From contig JAGBPS010000024.1 in the NCBI GenBank assembly GCA_017633255.1, positions 12,451 to 76,450 of the forward strand: a stretch of DNA of 64,000 nt, written 5' to 3'. The notes under the pieces were generated by a model, which was not told the DNA's origin, made no database searches, and saw nothing but the letters and a program-made list of their open reading frames with translations. This document shows positions 62,880 through 64,000 of the stretch, one piece after another; within the stretch, counting starts at the first letter, position 1; every line of letters starts with the position of its first letter. Made by a program: the position numbers and the translations under genes. Source of the stretch: Bacteroidales bacterium. Its GTDB lineage: Bacteria; Bacteroidota; Bacteroidia; Bacteroidales; WCHB1-69.

Positions 62880-62887
62880 TATTTTTG
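62880..62887 (+). promoter_or_regulatory. -7 promoter box TATTTTTG driving the riboswitch-btuB unit
   Basis: TAnnTTTG match just upstream of the riboswitch. Confidence 0.5.
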
Positions 62888-62889
62888 CC

Positions 62890-63070
62890 ACGGCTATTTG
62901 ATGAGGATTTCCCACTGCGAAAATCCGTGAGGGAAACAGGTGCAAATCCTGTACAGCTCCCGCTGCTGTGAGTTTCATCAACCTTTTTGACAAAGGTCAC
63001 TGTCGGCTCCAAAACCGACGGGAAGACGTCAAAAAAAGGGAAACAAGTCAGAAAACCTGTCAGATGGCCC
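62890..63070 (+). promoter_or_regulatory. Cobalamin (B12) riboswitch aptamer
   Basis: Conserved core AGGGAAACAGGTGCAAATCCTGTACAGCTCCCGCTGCTGTGAG, then GGTCACTG...GACGGGAAGAC and the B12-box-like GTCAGAAAACCTGTCA. It lies upstream of a TonB-dependent receptor. Confidence 0.85.
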
Positions 63071-63189
63071 TGGTTGTGAACACCTCGGGATGCAGGTACA
63101 AGCAACGCTCCGTCAGGAGATTGCCCGTATTATACTCATTCCGAACAAATTATAATAAAGGAGTCTTTCAGACTGCGAAAAGGAAAATA

Positions 63190-64000
63190 ATGAGAAAAAC
63201 TCTCATACTGATATTAACTATAACACTCATTTCCAGTGTTTTATATGCCCAAGAGGACACTCTCCGGCATCAACGTTTACAGGAAGTGGAAATTGTGGGT
63301 AAGGAAAGACCGAATGAATCGTCCGCTCCGATTCAGGTCATCAGGAATCAGGACCTTAAAGCCTTGCCCACTCTCCAACTTTCTGATGCACTGAAATTTA
63401 TGTCGGGTATCGTCATCAAGGACTACGGCGGAGTGGGCGGCATGAAGACCGTGGCGGTACGCGGTCTCGGCTCACAACATACGGGCGTGGCCTACGACGG
63501 CATTCCCCTTTCCGACTGCCAAACAGGACAAATCGACCTCAGCCGGATTTCCACCGACAACGTGAAGGCCCTTTCCCTGCAGATCGGGCGCGAAGAGGAT
63601 ATTTTCGTACCTGCTCGCTTATTTGCCTGCGCCAGCCTCATCAATATCGTCACCGAAGAGCCCAAATTCAAGGATGACAAGCCCGTCAACCTGCAATTTG
63701 CCTTTACAGGAGGCTCTTTCGGCCTTATCAATCCTTATCTTCTGATAGAAAACAGAATCAAGAAGAAAAAAAATCCTGAAGATTCATTCTATGCATGGTC
63801 GCTGAAAGTCAACTACTTGCAATCCAAAGGCAACTACCCTTTCGACTTGCATTACGGCTTCGGCGAACATGACAGCGTGTCGCACGAGCGGCGCAGCAAC
63901 TCCGATGTACGCACCCTACAAACAGAAGCCAATTTCTATGCGTATTTCAATCCCAAATCCAAACTGAACTTCAAAATCTATTATTACTGGTCCGACCGAG
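63190..64000 (+). CDS. btuB: TonB-dependent receptor (BtuB-like), N-terminal part; 3' end outside window
   Basis: Not in the ORF track because there is no stop inside the window. My translation: MRKTLILILTITLISSVLYAQEDTLRHQRLQEVEIVGKE...IVIKDYGGVGGMKTVAVRGLGSQHTGVAYDGIPLSD. This is the plug domain, and the frame stays open to base 64000. Confidence 0.85.
   Translation, partial: MRKTLILILTITLISSVLYAQEDTLRHQRLQEVEIVGKERPNESSAPIQVIRNQDLKALPTLQLSDALKFMSGIVIKDYGGVGGMKTVAVRGLGSQHTGVAYDGIPLSDCQTGQIDLSRISTDNVKALSLQIGREEDIFVPARLFACASLINIVTEEPKFKDDKPVNLQFAFTGGSFGLINPYLLIENRIKKKKNPEDSFYAWSLKVNYLQSKGNYPFDLHYGFGEHDSVSHERRSNSDVRTLQTEANFYAYFNPKSKLNFKIYYYWSDR

Overview
This is a 64 kb chromosomal window from a Bacteroidota (Bacteroidales-like) genome. 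Evidence for that assignment: Bacteroides-type -7 promoter boxes (TAnnTTTG) lie upstream of most transcription units. Two secreted proteases carry type IX secretion (T9SS) C-terminal sorting domains. The window also has a MurF-Alr fusion, S46 and S9 dipeptidyl peptidases, and pyruvate:ferredoxin oxidoreductase (PFOR). Most of the window is densely packed housekeeping genes: gmk, folA, mreB, rpoD, rplU-rpmA, tdk, serS, rsmA, rlmH, sufCD, ispE, nifJ, bcp. It carries an unusually large set of secreted peptidase and anti-peptidase genes: S46 x2, DPP4, a C1 peptidase, a C10 homologue, an S8 peptidase, HtrA and a 1976-aa alpha-2-macroglobulin. One tRNA-Asp(GTC) and one cobalamin riboswitch upstream of a btuB-like receptor are present. 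No rRNA, CRISPR array, transposase or integrase was seen. The standout region is a strongly AT-rich insertion (about 45.06-52.6 kb) between tRNA-Asp and nifJ. It holds a co-directional operon (45723..50571). Its genes are a DUF1848 protein with a radical-SAM-like CX3CX2C cluster, a cytoplasmic SAM-methyltransferase-like protein fused to BspA-type leucine-rich repeats, an ABC/AAA_15 ATPase, an ORF with a HEPN-like Rx4H motif, and an 85-aa ORF. The ATPase reading frame is interrupted at an A-run just after the H-loop and continues in the HEPN-like ORF, giving a PrrC/RloC-like architecture. Downstream lie a 27-codon relic of a second methyltransferase-LRR gene and an AlbA_2/Schlafen-like ATPase-wHTH gene. 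I cannot match this gene set to any named defence system, and I flag it as the best candidate for an undescribed system. A second recurring signal is a family of intergenic hairpins built from 7-8 nt degenerate tandem words, found at the 3' ends of genes at seven loci. Many first-Met starts in the ORF track run upstream across promoters or terminators. I corrected these using signal peptides and -7 boxes.
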